This document shows positions 1 through 9,179 of a stretch of DNA of 64,000 nucleotides, in pieces. The notes below the pieces were generated by a model. The model saw nothing but the letters and a program-made list of their open reading frames with translations. It made no database searches and had not been told where the DNA came from. The translations under genes were made by a program, and so were the position numbers. How positions within the stretch are numbered: the first letter of the stretch is position 1; each line of letters begins with the position of its first letter. The stretch is taken from the NCBI GenBank assembly GCA_947085185.1, contig CAMTVK010000021.1, forward strand, positions 32,001 to 96,000, in the 5' to 3' direction. The stretch comes from Candidatus Fraserbacteria bacterium (lineage in GTDB: Bacteria; Bipolaricaulota; Bipolaricaulia; RBG-16-55-9; DRXL01).

Positions 1-169
1 GCATATTATTTATAATGAGCGAGAACTCTCGCGCCGCCCCTGGAGGAAGAGGTTCCGAGGGATTGCAGCCCACAAGCACTATTCCTACACCAATGATCCC
101 AAACACCAGCTGAACCCATCGAGAGCACGATTTCATTCGCAGTGTATCATCCCTTTTAAGTATGCTCAT
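1..169 (-). CDS. 5' part of a putative lipoprotein (runs off the window start)
   Basis: My translation of the minus strand: MSILKRDDTLRMKSCSRWVQLVFGIIGVGIVLVGC-NPSEP...; hydrophobic stretch ending in lipobox LVGC; open to position 1; alternative ATG at 136. Confidence 0.55.
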   Translation of the reverse strand, partial: MSILKRDDTLRMKSCSRWVQLVFGIIGVGIVLVGCNPSEPLPPGAAREFSLIINNM

Positions 170-335
170 CCTTTACACGAAGACAGTATAACAAACCCGA
201 CTCTCTAAGGCAAATACCAGCAGATGGCTAAGGATTGTCAGTAGTTGCACCGGCTCGGCGCTTTTTCGTATAATGAGCGCAATCTCGTTCTGGAATCACA
301 CGCATTGCCAAGACAAGGGGGTAGAGTAAGCAGGT

Positions 336-2456
336 ATGGATTTCGTTTACGCGTCGGGGATCGTTGCGGTGCTCACGCTCGGTTATGTGGGCTATTTAAT
401 CATCCGGCTGAGGGGCTTTGATGAGGGCGAGGAGAGAATTCGTCAGCTTGCTTCGTATATTCGCGAGGGCGCCGAGGCCTTCCTAAGGCGCCAGTACTTG
501 GTAGTGGCGATCTTCCTCCTCGCTCTTTTTGTCGTCCTGGTGCTGATGAGCCTGGGCGGACTGCTCAGCCCTTGGGCACCGTGGGCGTTTCTCACAGCTG
601 GGGCGTTCTCCGGCTTGGCGGGGTATTTGGGGATGAAGATCGCTACGGCCAGCAACGGGCGCACGACGACTGCGGCCAAACAGAGCCTCAATGGAGCCTT
701 GCGCGTCGCGTTCGAAGCCGGCAGCGTCATGGGATTTTCTGTCGTCGGGTTGGGATTGTTCTATATCACGCTCTGGTTCATCATTCTTCATAGTGCGGGG
801 GTAGAGCTGCGGGAGATCGCCCAGGTGCTCCTGACGTCGGCGATGGGAGCCAGCTCCGTGGCGCTCTTTGCTCGTGTGGGTGGGGGCATCTTCACCAAGA
901 GTGCGGACGTAGGTGCGGATCTCTCCGGCAAAGTCGAAGCGGGAATCCCCGAAGATGACCCGCGCAACCCCGCGGTGATCGCGGACCAAGTCGGCGATAA
1001 CGTCGGGGACGTCGCGGGCATGGGCGCCGACTTATATGAATCGTATGTCGGGGCGATCGTCGCGGCGGTAGCGTTGGGCGTCTCGGCGTTTGTTGGAACC
1101 CCCAAGGTCTATCAAAGCATTGCGTATCCTATGCTCATTGCCGCGGTGGGCATTATCTGTTCTGTCTTTGGCAGTTTCTTGGTGCAAGCCCGCGAGGACG
1201 CTTCCCAGGGCGAGCTCTTAAAAGCCCTGCGCCGCGGCGTCTACACCAGTTCGGCTTTGATCGCGATCTTTGGGTTTCTTGTGACTGTCCTGCTCTTTGG
1301 TCTGAGTTACTGGGGCTTGTACGTGGCGCTGCTGTTGGGATTGCTGACTGGGATCGTCATTGGGTTTTCTGCAGAGTTTTACACGTCGTCTCAGTACAAG
1401 CCGACCCAGCTCATCTCTGCTACGGCACAGACCGGCCCGGCTACCGTGATGATCAGCGGGTTAGCGACGGGGATGCGTTCTACGGCGATCCCCGTCATAG
1501 CGGTCGTCTTGGCGATTGTGCTCGGGTACTGGGCGGCGACGACCGCGGGCGGGGTGGCTTTTGGGCTCTATGGGATCGGCATGGCCGCGGTGGGGATGCT
1601 CTCGACGCTGGGGATTACGCTCGCCAGCGACGCCTACGGCCCGGTGGCAGACAACGCCGGGGGTATCGCTGAGATGTCGCATCAGAAGCCAGAAGTACGC
1701 AAGCGCACCGATGCGCTCGACGCCCTGGGCAACACCAACGCTGCTGTAGGGAAGGGCTTTGCCATCGGTTCGGCTGCCCTGACAGCCCTAGCGCTGATCA
1801 ACAACTATCACGACCAAATCTCGGCTATTCTTCGCGAGACCGGCGGGTCGCTGTCGACGCTGATCAGCAAGCGCCCTGTGCAAGCTCAATTCGATCTGAC
1901 CGATCCGTATGTTCTGTTAGGGCTGTTCATCGGGGGAATGCTCCCCTTCTTGTTCTGTGCTTTGACGATGAGCTCCGTCGGTCGGGCTGCCGGAGCAATC
2001 GTCGAAGAAGTGCGACGACAGTTCAGAGAGATCTCCGGGCTGTTGGAGGGCAAGGCCAAGGCAGACTACTCCAAAGCCGTCGAGATCGCGACAAAGACGG
2101 CCCATCGTGAGATGATCCTGCCGGCCCTCTTGGCGATCATCTCTCCCATTGTTGTGGGAATCTTGTTTGGAGTTGCTGCCGTGATGGGCGTCTTGGTTGG
2201 GGCATTGGTCTCTGGGTTTGTGCTGGCGTTGCTCATGGCCAATGCCGGCGGGGCGTGGGATAACGCCAAAAAATTCATAGAAGAGGGCCAATACGGGGGC
2301 AAGGGCTCCCCAGCCCATAAAGCGTCCGTCGTCGGCGACACCGTGGGCGATCCGTTCAAGGACACTTCCGGACCGTCGCTCAATATTCTGATTAAGCTCA
2401 TGTCTATGGTGGCGCTGGTCTTCGTCGGGTTTATTATCAGATTTACGCTCTTTTGA
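336..2456 (+). CDS. hppA: Membrane-bound pyrophosphatase, K+-dependent, probably Na+-translocating
   Basis: Motifs GGGIFTKSADVGADLSGKVEAGIPEDDPRN, DNVGDVAGMGADLYESY, GGAWDNAKK, GDTVGDPFKDTSGP; GNTNAA (Ala, not Lys) indicates K+ dependence. Confidence 0.97.
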   Translation: MDFVYASGIVAVLTLGYVGYLIIRLRGFDEGEERIRQLASYIREGAEAFLRRQYLVVAIFLLALFVVLVLMSLGGLLSPWAPWAFLTAGAFSGLAGYLGMKIATASNGRTTTAAKQSLNGALRVAFEAGSVMGFSVVGLGLFYITLWFIILHSAGVELREIAQVLLTSAMGASSVALFARVGGGIFTKSADVGADLSGKVEAGIPEDDPRNPAVIADQVGDNVGDVAGMGADLYESYVGAIVAAVALGVSAFVGTPKVYQSIAYPMLIAAVGIICSVFGSFLVQAREDASQGELLKALRRGVYTSSALIAIFGFLVTVLLFGLSYWGLYVALLLGLLTGIVIGFSAEFYTSSQYKPTQLISATAQTGPATVMISGLATGMRSTAIPVIAVVLAIVLGYWAATTAGGVAFGLYGIGMAAVGMLSTLGITLASDAYGPVADNAGGIAEMSHQKPEVRKRTDALDALGNTNAAVGKGFAIGSAALTALALINNYHDQISAILRETGGSLSTLISKRPVQAQFDLTDPYVLLGLFIGGMLPFLFCALTMSSVGRAAGAIVEEVRRQFREISGLLEGKAKADYSKAVEIATKTAHREMILPALLAIISPIVVGILFGVAAVMGVLVGALVSGFVLALLMANAGGAWDNAKKFIEEGQYGGKGSPAHKASVVGDTVGDPFKDTSGPSLNILIKLMSMVALVFVGFIIRFTLF

Positions 2457-2523
2457 GCACTTGCGAGGATGCAGCGTCATAGATATAGTGTAGGTGGGCC
2501 CAACGGCCGTTGGGCCCACTCTT

Positions 2524-3183
2524 ATGGAGCACTATTATCTTGAGCGAGACGGCCAGGTCTTTCTCATGAAAGAGGGCGGACGACTGCGATTCCCTACGTC
2601 GCGCTCAGAGATTCCCTGCTCGTTCGAGCTCGTACACACTATGCTCCTCCAAGGCGAAAGGGTACATTACTGTAAGCCCCATCTGGACGTACATCCTCAG
2701 GATTGGTGGCACAAAGACGAGATCCCCGCTCTCGATGAGGCGCTTCCCATTGTCAGGCTCGCTGTCAGTGCCAGTCTGCCGCGCCTGACGGCAAAGACGA
2801 TCATACTGAAAGAGGGCAAACTCTTGATGGTGAAGCCCAAGCGCGGCTACAACGCGGGCCAGTGGGCGCTGCCTGGGGGATTCGTCAACTATGGAGAGAC
2901 TCCTGAGGAGGCAGCCGCGCGAGAGACCGCTGAAGAGACCGGGGTTCCGTGTCGCATCATAAAATTTCTTGGCACCGAATCGCGCCTGGGGCGGACGACC
3001 AGCTATCACTGGCACACGTTCTTCTACCAAGCCCAGCTCGAACACGAACGGTTTCAGCCGGCCTCCGATGAGATCGAAACGGTCGCTTGGATCGAGATCG
3101 AAGCTGCCCTCTCCTCGGTAAGCTTCTACGAAAAGCTCCCAGAGAAGCTCCGTCAGCTGTCCCGCCTCCCCCAAAATATATAG
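2524..3183 (+). CDS. NUDIX hydrolase with N-terminal extension
   Basis: Nudix box GGFVNYGETPEEAAARETAEETG; ATG at 2524 chosen as start. Confidence 0.85.
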   Translation: MEHYYLERDGQVFLMKEGGRLRFPTSRSEIPCSFELVHTMLLQGERVHYCKPHLDVHPQDWWHKDEIPALDEALPIVRLAVSASLPRLTAKTIILKEGKLLMVKPKRGYNAGQWALPGGFVNYGETPEEAAARETAEETGVPCRIIKFLGTESRLGRTTSYHWHTFFYQAQLEHERFQPASDEIETVAWIEIEAALSSVSFYEKLPEKLRQLSRLPQNI

Positions 3184-3227
3184 AAATCGCTATAGATTCT
3201 ACTATTTGGACAAGTTCCAGGGGGGAC

Positions 3228-3256
3228 TTGACAAGCTGGTAGAAAAAGTGTATAAT
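3228..3256 (+). promoter_or_regulatory. Consensus sigma70 promoter for the 3327 ORF
   Basis: TTGACA(3228-3233)-17 bp-TATAAT(3251-3256). Confidence 0.85.
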
Positions 3257-3326
3257 TCGACTATGGGTAGAATAACACAATGGATATAATTCTACTTGGC
3301 AGCCAAAGCAACATTGGTGAAGGACT

Positions 3327-3680
3327 ATGATGGACAAGAACCCAGAAGCCTATAAGACGATCAAAGTGCCGGCCTGGGTGTATATCAACGCCAAGGAGGC
3401 GGAGTTGGCGCTGATGCGCAAGGGGGTGAGTCGCCTCCCGGACTCGGTCTTGCAGCCGACCCGATGCCCTATATGCAAGTCCCCTCTGAACCTGCGCAAG
3501 ATGGACGACACAGAGAAGACCTATCTCCAATGCCCCAACTGTGGCTATACTCAACCGAAGTTTGAAGGGAGCATGGAGGGGGTGGCCCTGGGCACGGCTA
3601 TCGGCATGGGGTTGGTTCATCTCTTAAACACACTCTTTAGCAATGGTCAACAGGCGAAACCAGAAGTGGGGACCGGGTAG
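3327..3680 (+). CDS. Small Zn-ribbon protein with RHH-like N-terminus
   Basis: CPIC...CPNC pair; N-terminal YKTIKVPAWVY strand-helix pattern; AAGGA RBS; strong promoter. Confidence 0.75.
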   Translation: MMDKNPEAYKTIKVPAWVYINAKEAELALMRKGVSRLPDSVLQPTRCPICKSPLNLRKMDDTEKTYLQCPNCGYTQPKFEGSMEGVALGTAIGMGLVHLLNTLFSNGQQAKPEVGTG

Positions 3681-3755
3681 CCCTCCTTAGGGTGGTGAGA
3701 GGAATGGGGGACTTTATCGCTGAGGAAGGCTGACCCGGTCCCCCTTCTTCTGGCT
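3660..3755 (-). ncRNA. Candidate small RNA: long hairpin behind a minus-strand promoter
   Basis: About 30-bp imperfect inverted repeat (3660-3690 / 3720-3753); minus-strand TTGGAA(3790-3785)-17-TATAAT(3767-3762) puts +1 at the hairpin base. Confidence 0.45.
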
Positions 3756-3791
3756 TCTAAAATTATATCACAGGGACACAGGACTTCCAAG

Positions 3792-5249
3792 TCAAGGGCG
3801 CGTGCTCCTTCCCATAGAATCTACAAACTCTCTCAGTAAGCGTTGGGCAGCCGCGAGGGCTTCCTCGCGGGTCGTGATCTTTCCTGCAAAAATTTGTTCA
3901 TAGACGTTCTCTAAGATCGCTTTGATGGGAGGGCCAGGGGCCAGCCCCATCGCGATCAAGTCATGGCCGTCAATAAGTTTCCGGGCGCGTTCGCGCTCCG
4001 AGAGCTCTTTCAAGCGCAGCAGCAATGGGGGCAGCGCTTGCACCACCGGGAGCCACCCTGACGATTTGTGCGCGCTCGCTTCGCAATCGCAGACCATCAG
4101 CGCAAAGAGCTTGGCAAAATACGAGAAGCGCTCAGCGGGACGCTCAAAAGATACGTCTGGGTTCTCGTGCGTTTTGAGCAGCGTCGCGCGCTTGCCGGGG
4201 CTCATCTCCGAAAATTTCCCGATGCGCAGATGCTCGCGCACCAGAAATTTTATCAACCTGATCTCGTCGGTACTGAAGCGCAGCCGACGACAGATTCTTT
4301 CTGCCATGCGCTCGCCGATTCTCTCATGGCCGCCTGCGTGCTCGCCGTTGTTCTTCTGGAGAGCTAGGGGCTTGCCCACATCGTGGAGGATCAGCGCGAA
4401 TTTCACGAGCGGATCGCGCAGTATCCTATCAGCGCATTGGAGCGCTAGCAGCGTATGGGTATAGACATCGCCCTCGGGATGATACTTCTCTGGCTGGGAT
4501 ACACCCTGGCACTGCACGAGCTCCGGCAGGATGAGCTCTAAGATCCCGTGTTCGTCCAGAAGCTGCACCCCGCGCGCAGCGCGACGGGTCTTGAGGATTC
4601 GCAAAAGCTCATCGCGGATGCGCTCCGCAGAAATCTGTTTTAGTCCTTCACGATGGCGTCGTATGGCTGCGCTTACCTCGGGGCAGATCGTCCCATCGAG
4701 ATCGCAGGCGAGGCGGATCGCTCGCAAGATTCTCAGGTAATCTTCGGAGAAGCGCTTGGCAGGGGCGCCGATAGTGCGGATGCGTTTTGCTTGGAGATCG
4801 GCGATCCCGCCGACACGATCAATGACTTCGCCTGAGAGCGTCGCGGCAAGGCCATTGACGGTCAGATCGCGGCGCTGGAGGTCTTCGTCGAGGGTGCGCA
4901 CGAGTTCTACTTTCGTGGGCCAACGCCCGTCGTACTCGCCCTCGGTGCGGAACGTCGCGACTTCATAAGGGCGGCCATCGGGAGAGACAACCAACAGAAC
5001 GCCGAAGGCTTCTCCCACTTCGAAGATAGTATATTCTTTGAAGAGCGCTTTGATCTCGTCGGGGCGGGCCGCCGTGGCGATATCAACTTCTTCAGGGACG
5101 AACTCATAGTCAGGGTCGTACTGAGCGCGCAGGGCATCGCGTACGATCCCGCCGACCATGACGGTCTCAAAGCCTGCTGCGGTCAAGCGCTCTATGATCG
5201 TACGGGCGAAGGGATGAGCCCGAAAGATCTCTTCAGTATCAATAGTCAT
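3792..5249 (-). CDS. cca: CCA-adding tRNA nucleotidyltransferase / poly(A) polymerase family with HD domain
   Basis: VGGIVRD, EVDIAT, DLQRRDLTVN, RFSEDYLRILRAIR, LHDVGK. Confidence 0.9.
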   Translation of the reverse strand: MTIDTEEIFRAHPFARTIIERLTAAGFETVMVGGIVRDALRAQYDPDYEFVPEEVDIATAARPDEIKALFKEYTIFEVGEAFGVLLVVSPDGRPYEVATFRTEGEYDGRWPTKVELVRTLDEDLQRRDLTVNGLAATLSGEVIDRVGGIADLQAKRIRTIGAPAKRFSEDYLRILRAIRLACDLDGTICPEVSAAIRRHREGLKQISAERIRDELLRILKTRRAARGVQLLDEHGILELILPELVQCQGVSQPEKYHPEGDVYTHTLLALQCADRILRDPLVKFALILHDVGKPLALQKNNGEHAGGHERIGERMAERICRRLRFSTDEIRLIKFLVREHLRIGKFSEMSPGKRATLLKTHENPDVSFERPAERFSYFAKLFALMVCDCEASAHKSSGWLPVVQALPPLLLRLKELSERERARKLIDGHDLIAMGLAPGPPIKAILENVYEQIFAGKITTREEALAAAQRLLREFVDSMGRSTRP

Positions 5250-6037
5250 GGTCGCTGAATCTGAATGGGCTCGCCGGGGCGGGCGCGCAGGCGCTGGGCC
5301 GCGCTGTTGAGATACGCGGCGATCTCGACTTGGCCGTGGCTGCCCACCGTGACCACAAGATCGTTGGGTTCCGCCTCGCCATAGGTCTCCACACAGCGAG
5401 CTGATACAGATTTGCGCGAGGCTTCGATGACCACAGGTGTCCCTGGTTGAGCGAGGGCGTATAAGAGTTCGCCGGAGATATTCGTGATGACGTTCCCGAA
5501 CGAGTCAATGTAGATGACCTCTCCTTCAAGGACGCGTCCGCGGCGGACGCCCTCCCCAAACGAGAGCTTTATATAGTCATGGATCTGAGGCCCAAGCTCC
5601 TGAGGAGAAAGCCCCATGGCCAAGTGGGCTGCGACCGGTGCAAAGATATCGCGCCCATGAAACGTCCGCGAGACCGGGGCGTGAAAGTATCGTGCGTTCT
5701 CGATCGAGTATACCGTAAACGCTCCCAAGCGCTGGGCTGCGGGGATCAAGAGCCCGTTGTCCGGCCCGATAAAGAGCTGTCCTCCTGAGGAGATCACTAT
5801 GGCCCGGCGTGCCGTGCCCACGCCGGGGTCAACTACGGCGCAGTGTACGGTCTTCTCTGGAAAGTAGGGCGCGACCATCCAGAGTAAAAACGCCCCTCCC
5901 CGGATGTGATGGCGCTCGACGTCATGGCTGATATCTAGAATATGAGCTGTGGGGCAGGTCTTGATGATGACGCCCTTCATCGCGGCGGGGTATCCCGACG
6001 CTGAGCCAAAATCGCTGAGCAAGGTGATGAGAGCCAT
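5246..6037 (-). CDS. SAM hydrolase / SAM-dependent halogenase family (DUF62)
   Basis: ITLLSDFG, AVVDPGVGT, GPDNGLL, SRTFHGRDIFAP, IDSFGN; start taken at MALIT. Confidence 0.92.
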   Translation of the reverse strand: MALITLLSDFGSASGYPAAMKGVIIKTCPTAHILDISHDVERHHIRGGAFLLWMVAPYFPEKTVHCAVVDPGVGTARRAIVISSGGQLFIGPDNGLLIPAAQRLGAFTVYSIENARYFHAPVSRTFHGRDIFAPVAAHLAMGLSPQELGPQIHDYIKLSFGEGVRRGRVLEGEVIYIDSFGNVITNISGELLYALAQPGTPVVIEASRKSVSARCVETYGEAEPNDLVVTVGSHGQVEIAAYLNSAAQRLRARPGEPIQIQRP

Positions 6038-6110
6038 ATAAATCATTGTAGAAACGTTTGTTTGCTCGTGCAAGCGTTGATGCGGGAGATCCCGTGTGGG
6101 ATTACAGAGG

Positions 6111-7247
6111 TCAAAGCGTGCGCTCAATATATACTCGCGCGACGCGCTTCGAGAGCGCCGTAAGCACGACTTCGGTAAAATTTGCCCCGATCTTGCGCGC
6201 AATCTCTTCGGCCGTGATGTGGGGACCAATCAGTTCGACTTCATCCCCGACTTGCGCTTCGGGAACATCTGTCACGTCGACAGTAATCTGGTCCATCGAG
6301 ATCGCGCCTACGATGGGGGCGCGCTTGCCGCCAATGACGACCTCTCCGACGTTGGCCAGCAGCCAGATCACTCCATCGGCGTAGCCCACGGGGATCGTGA
6401 CGATCTTTGCCTGTCTCTTCGTGTGAAAGCGTCGCCCGTAGCCGATAAAGCTCCCCGGCGGCAGCTCGTTCATGGTCACGATCCAGCTGCGCATTCTCAG
6501 AATGGGCTTGATCGGCTCCGTCCACGCTCGACGCACTTCGGGATACCCATAGAGTAAGATCCCCGGACGGATCATATTATAATAGCCCGTGGTCACCTCG
6601 CTCTCGTACTGCACTAGTCCTGAGCTGTTGGCAATATGTCTCAAGGGGGGAAGAATCCCCTCGCGATCGAGTTGGGCTAGGAGCTCGTGGAAGACGGCGA
6701 TCTGGTGTCGTGTGAATTGTTGGTCTTCTGCTTGTTCGCTGTACGAGCACGCAAAGTGCGAAAAGATCCCGGTGCATTCGAGTGAGGGCATAGCCGAGAT
6801 CGCTCGACAGATCGTGATAGTATCTTTGGGGAGGGCGCCGTTGCGCCCCATCCCCGTGTCAACTTTGACCTGCACGCGGACTCTGCGGCCCTGGTGCTGC
6901 GCCTCTGCGGCAAGCGCTTGCGCGAATTCCAAGCTCGAGATAGTGATATCTACGTCGGTGCGCACCAGCTCAGCAAGATGAGCTATTCTCGAAGAAGCTA
7001 GGATCAGAATGGGGGTTTTAATGCCGGCCTCACGCAGCTCTTGAGCTTCGGCGATATTGGCGACCCCAAAGTAATCAACGCCGGCTTGCTCAGCAGCGCG
7101 TGCGACGCCCACCGCGCCATGCCCGTAGGCGTCGGCCTTCACCGGGAAGAGAATCTTTATGCGCTCTCCTACCCGCGCGCGCACCGTCGCGATGTTCTGG
7201 GCAAGCTGCTTGAGATCTATGATGGCCTCGGACATGCATGGGCGCAT
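6111..7247 (-). CDS. alr: Alanine racemase
   Basis: VKADAYGHG PLP-lysine motif, KVDTGMGR, RPGILLYG, GYADG, SMDQ; start may be 7235. Confidence 0.92.
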   Translation of the reverse strand: MRPCMSEAIIDLKQLAQNIATVRARVGERIKILFPVKADAYGHGAVGVARAAEQAGVDYFGVANIAEAQELREAGIKTPILILASSRIAHLAELVRTDVDITISSLEFAQALAAEAQHQGRRVRVQVKVDTGMGRNGALPKDTITICRAISAMPSLECTGIFSHFACSYSEQAEDQQFTRHQIAVFHELLAQLDREGILPPLRHIANSSGLVQYESEVTTGYYNMIRPGILLYGYPEVRRAWTEPIKPILRMRSWIVTMNELPPGSFIGYGRRFHTKRQAKIVTIPVGYADGVIWLLANVGEVVIGGKRAPIVGAISMDQITVDVTDVPEAQVGDEVELIGPHITAEEIARKIGANFTEVVLTALSKRVARVYIERTL

Positions 7248-7378
7248 ACCGTCGTCAGTATATGATCTTTTGGGCTGTGATCCAAGAGAGTTCGACCCTT
7301 GGGCACAAGACCAACTCCCGTGCTCATCAGGACGTGTGTCTCCTTCAGGAGGCGGTGTGCTGCGTACAATCAGCTCTC

Positions 7379-8119
7379 ATGAGCAATAAGACTATCGGGA
7401 TTTTAGGCGGCATGGGACCGGCGGCCACGGTCGAGCTCTTCCGACGCATCGTGCTCTTGACGCCCGCACAGTGTGATCAAGATCACATTCCCGTCGTTAT
7501 AGATAATAATCCCCAGATTCCCGATCGGGGGCCGTTCATCTTAGAAGGTGGGCCTGATCCTCGTCCGGCCCTCTGCCGCAGCGCAAGAAAGTTAGAGCGC
7601 ATGGGCGCCAGCTTCATCGTCATGCCGTGCAATACGGCTCATGTCTTCTTGCCCTATCTGAGGAAAGCCGTTCGTATCCCGTTTATAGATATGGTCGCGG
7701 AGACGGCTCAGAGAATTTCAGAATCTCTCGTGGGGTTGCTTGCGACCGAGACGACCGTGCGCACGAGGCTCTATCACGACGCGTGTGCACCGTATGGGAT
7801 TGAAGTCCTGACGCCCTTCGTGGACGACCAAGCCCGCGTGATGGAGATTATTTATGCGATCAAGGGTGGTGCGTTCGATCTCGTGATGAAGCGTGATCTG
7901 CGCGCGATCGCCGCGCGCTTGCGCGAGCGTGGCGCCGCTGCGCTTATAGTGGGGTGCACCGAGCTCTCGCTTGTCATATGCCAAGACGATTTTGATGGGA
8001 TAGTCTACGATGCTTTGGATATCTTAGCGCGCGCGGCAGTGCGCGAGGCTCTCTGGACTCACCAGACGAGGGAGCGCGTGCGCATGAGCGAAGCTGATTG
8101 TACACGAAAGCTGCTATGA
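7379..8119 (+). CDS. Aspartate/glutamate racemase family (amino-acid racemase)
   Basis: IGILGGMGPAAT, MPCNTAH and VGCTEL catalytic cysteines; ATG at 7379. Confidence 0.92.
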   Translation: MSNKTIGILGGMGPAATVELFRRIVLLTPAQCDQDHIPVVIDNNPQIPDRGPFILEGGPDPRPALCRSARKLERMGASFIVMPCNTAHVFLPYLRKAVRIPFIDMVAETAQRISESLVGLLATETTVRTRLYHDACAPYGIEVLTPFVDDQARVMEIIYAIKGGAFDLVMKRDLRAIAARLRERGAAALIVGCTELSLVICQDDFDGIVYDALDILARAAVREALWTHQTRERVRMSEADCTRKLL

Positions 8120-8535
8120 ATCTGAACTGGGAGTTAGCAGCACGACTCGTAGTGGCAGCGTTATTTGGGGCATTGATCGGCTGGGAGCGCGAGCGGGCCC
8201 AGCGCCCTGCGGGCTTGAGAACCTATATGCTTGTCGCTTTTGGCGCAGCGCTCTTTACGGTGCTCTCTCTCACGGGGTTTGGGCCTGGTGCCGATCCTGG
8301 GCGGTTGGCGGCGAACATCGCTGTAGGGATCGGGTTTTTAGGGGCAGGCACGATCTTTCGTGAGGGGGAAGTCGTGCGCGGGCTGACCACGGCTGCCGGG
8401 CTCTGGACTGTAGCAGCCATTGGGATGGCCGCTGGGGTTGGAGAATATCTCCTTGCGGGGATCTCAACCGCGATCGTGCTCGTTATATTAGGCGGCGTGC
8501 GCGTCTTAGAGACGCACAAGAACTCCAGGCTATAG
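8116..8535 (+). CDS. MgtC/SapB family membrane protein
   Basis: IGWERE..QRPAGLRTY, GIGFLGAGTI, GLTTAAGLW. Confidence 0.93.
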   Translation: MNLNWELAARLVVAALFGALIGWERERAQRPAGLRTYMLVAFGAALFTVLSLTGFGPGADPGRLAANIAVGIGFLGAGTIFREGEVVRGLTTAAGLWTVAAIGMAAGVGEYLLAGISTAIVLVILGGVRVLETHKNSRL

Positions 8536-9156
8536 TCTCCGGCTGAGCGCCATGCCGTCGCGCAACGGGACGATCACCGTCTCTAGGAATGGGTGCTTTT
8601 TGAGATATTCGTTGAACTCTCGGATCGCTTGGGTAGTAGCATCGGAGTCGTCTCCGACGACTCGGCCGCTCCAGAGGACGTTATCGGTCACGATGAGCGC
8701 GCCGCGCTTCAGCTTGGGGAGCGCTACTTCTAGCAGCGCTCTGTATTGATGCTTCTCGGCGTCGAGGAAGAGAAAATCGAATCTCCCTCGCAGGGTGGGG
8801 ATCACGTCCATGCCATCGCCCACCAAGACGGTGACGCGGCGGCTCAAGCCCGCTTCGGCGATGTTGCGTCGGGCTTCTTCGGCTCTCTGCTCGTTGTACT
8901 CAATAGTTATGAGGCGTCCGCTGTGGCAAGCTCGCGCCAGCCAGATCGTCGAGTACCCGATCGCCGTGCCGATCTCTAGGATTCTCTTTGCGCGTGCTAG
9001 GCGTGCTAAGAGATAGAGAAATCGTCCCGCATGCGGGCCAACGATGGGAATATTTCGGGCTTGGGCTTCTTGCTCTAAGCGCACCAAGATCGGATCGCGC
9101 GGGGGCAAGAGCTCATAGAGATACTGTTCTACAGCGGGGTTGGTGATGCCGTTCAT
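8530..9156 (-). CDS. O-methyltransferase (caffeoyl-CoA OMT/YrrM-like)
   Basis: ILEIGTAIGYS, FLFLDAEK, DNVLWSG, PLRDG. Confidence 0.9.
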   Translation of the reverse strand: MNGITNPAVEQYLYELLPPRDPILVRLEQEAQARNIPIVGPHAGRFLYLLARLARAKRILEIGTAIGYSTIWLARACHSGRLITIEYNEQRAEEARRNIAEAGLSRRVTVLVGDGMDVIPTLRGRFDFLFLDAEKHQYRALLEVALPKLKRGALIVTDNVLWSGRVVGDDSDATTQAIREFNEYLKKHPFLETVIVPLRDGMALSRRL

Positions 9157-9179
9157 ACATAGTATCATAGAGCAAGGGG

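Noticed and set aside
2494..2520. Palindrome GTGGGCCCAACGGCCGTTGGGCCCAC as an ORF start or mobile repeat
   Set aside because: Single copy in the window; most simply a hairpin after hppA; the MGPTAVGPT starts on both strands are artefacts.
5246..6037. Fluorinase/chlorinase natural-product cluster
   Set aside because: DUF62 sits between alr and cca with no biosynthetic neighbours and has the TFHGRD motif typical of SAM hydrolases.
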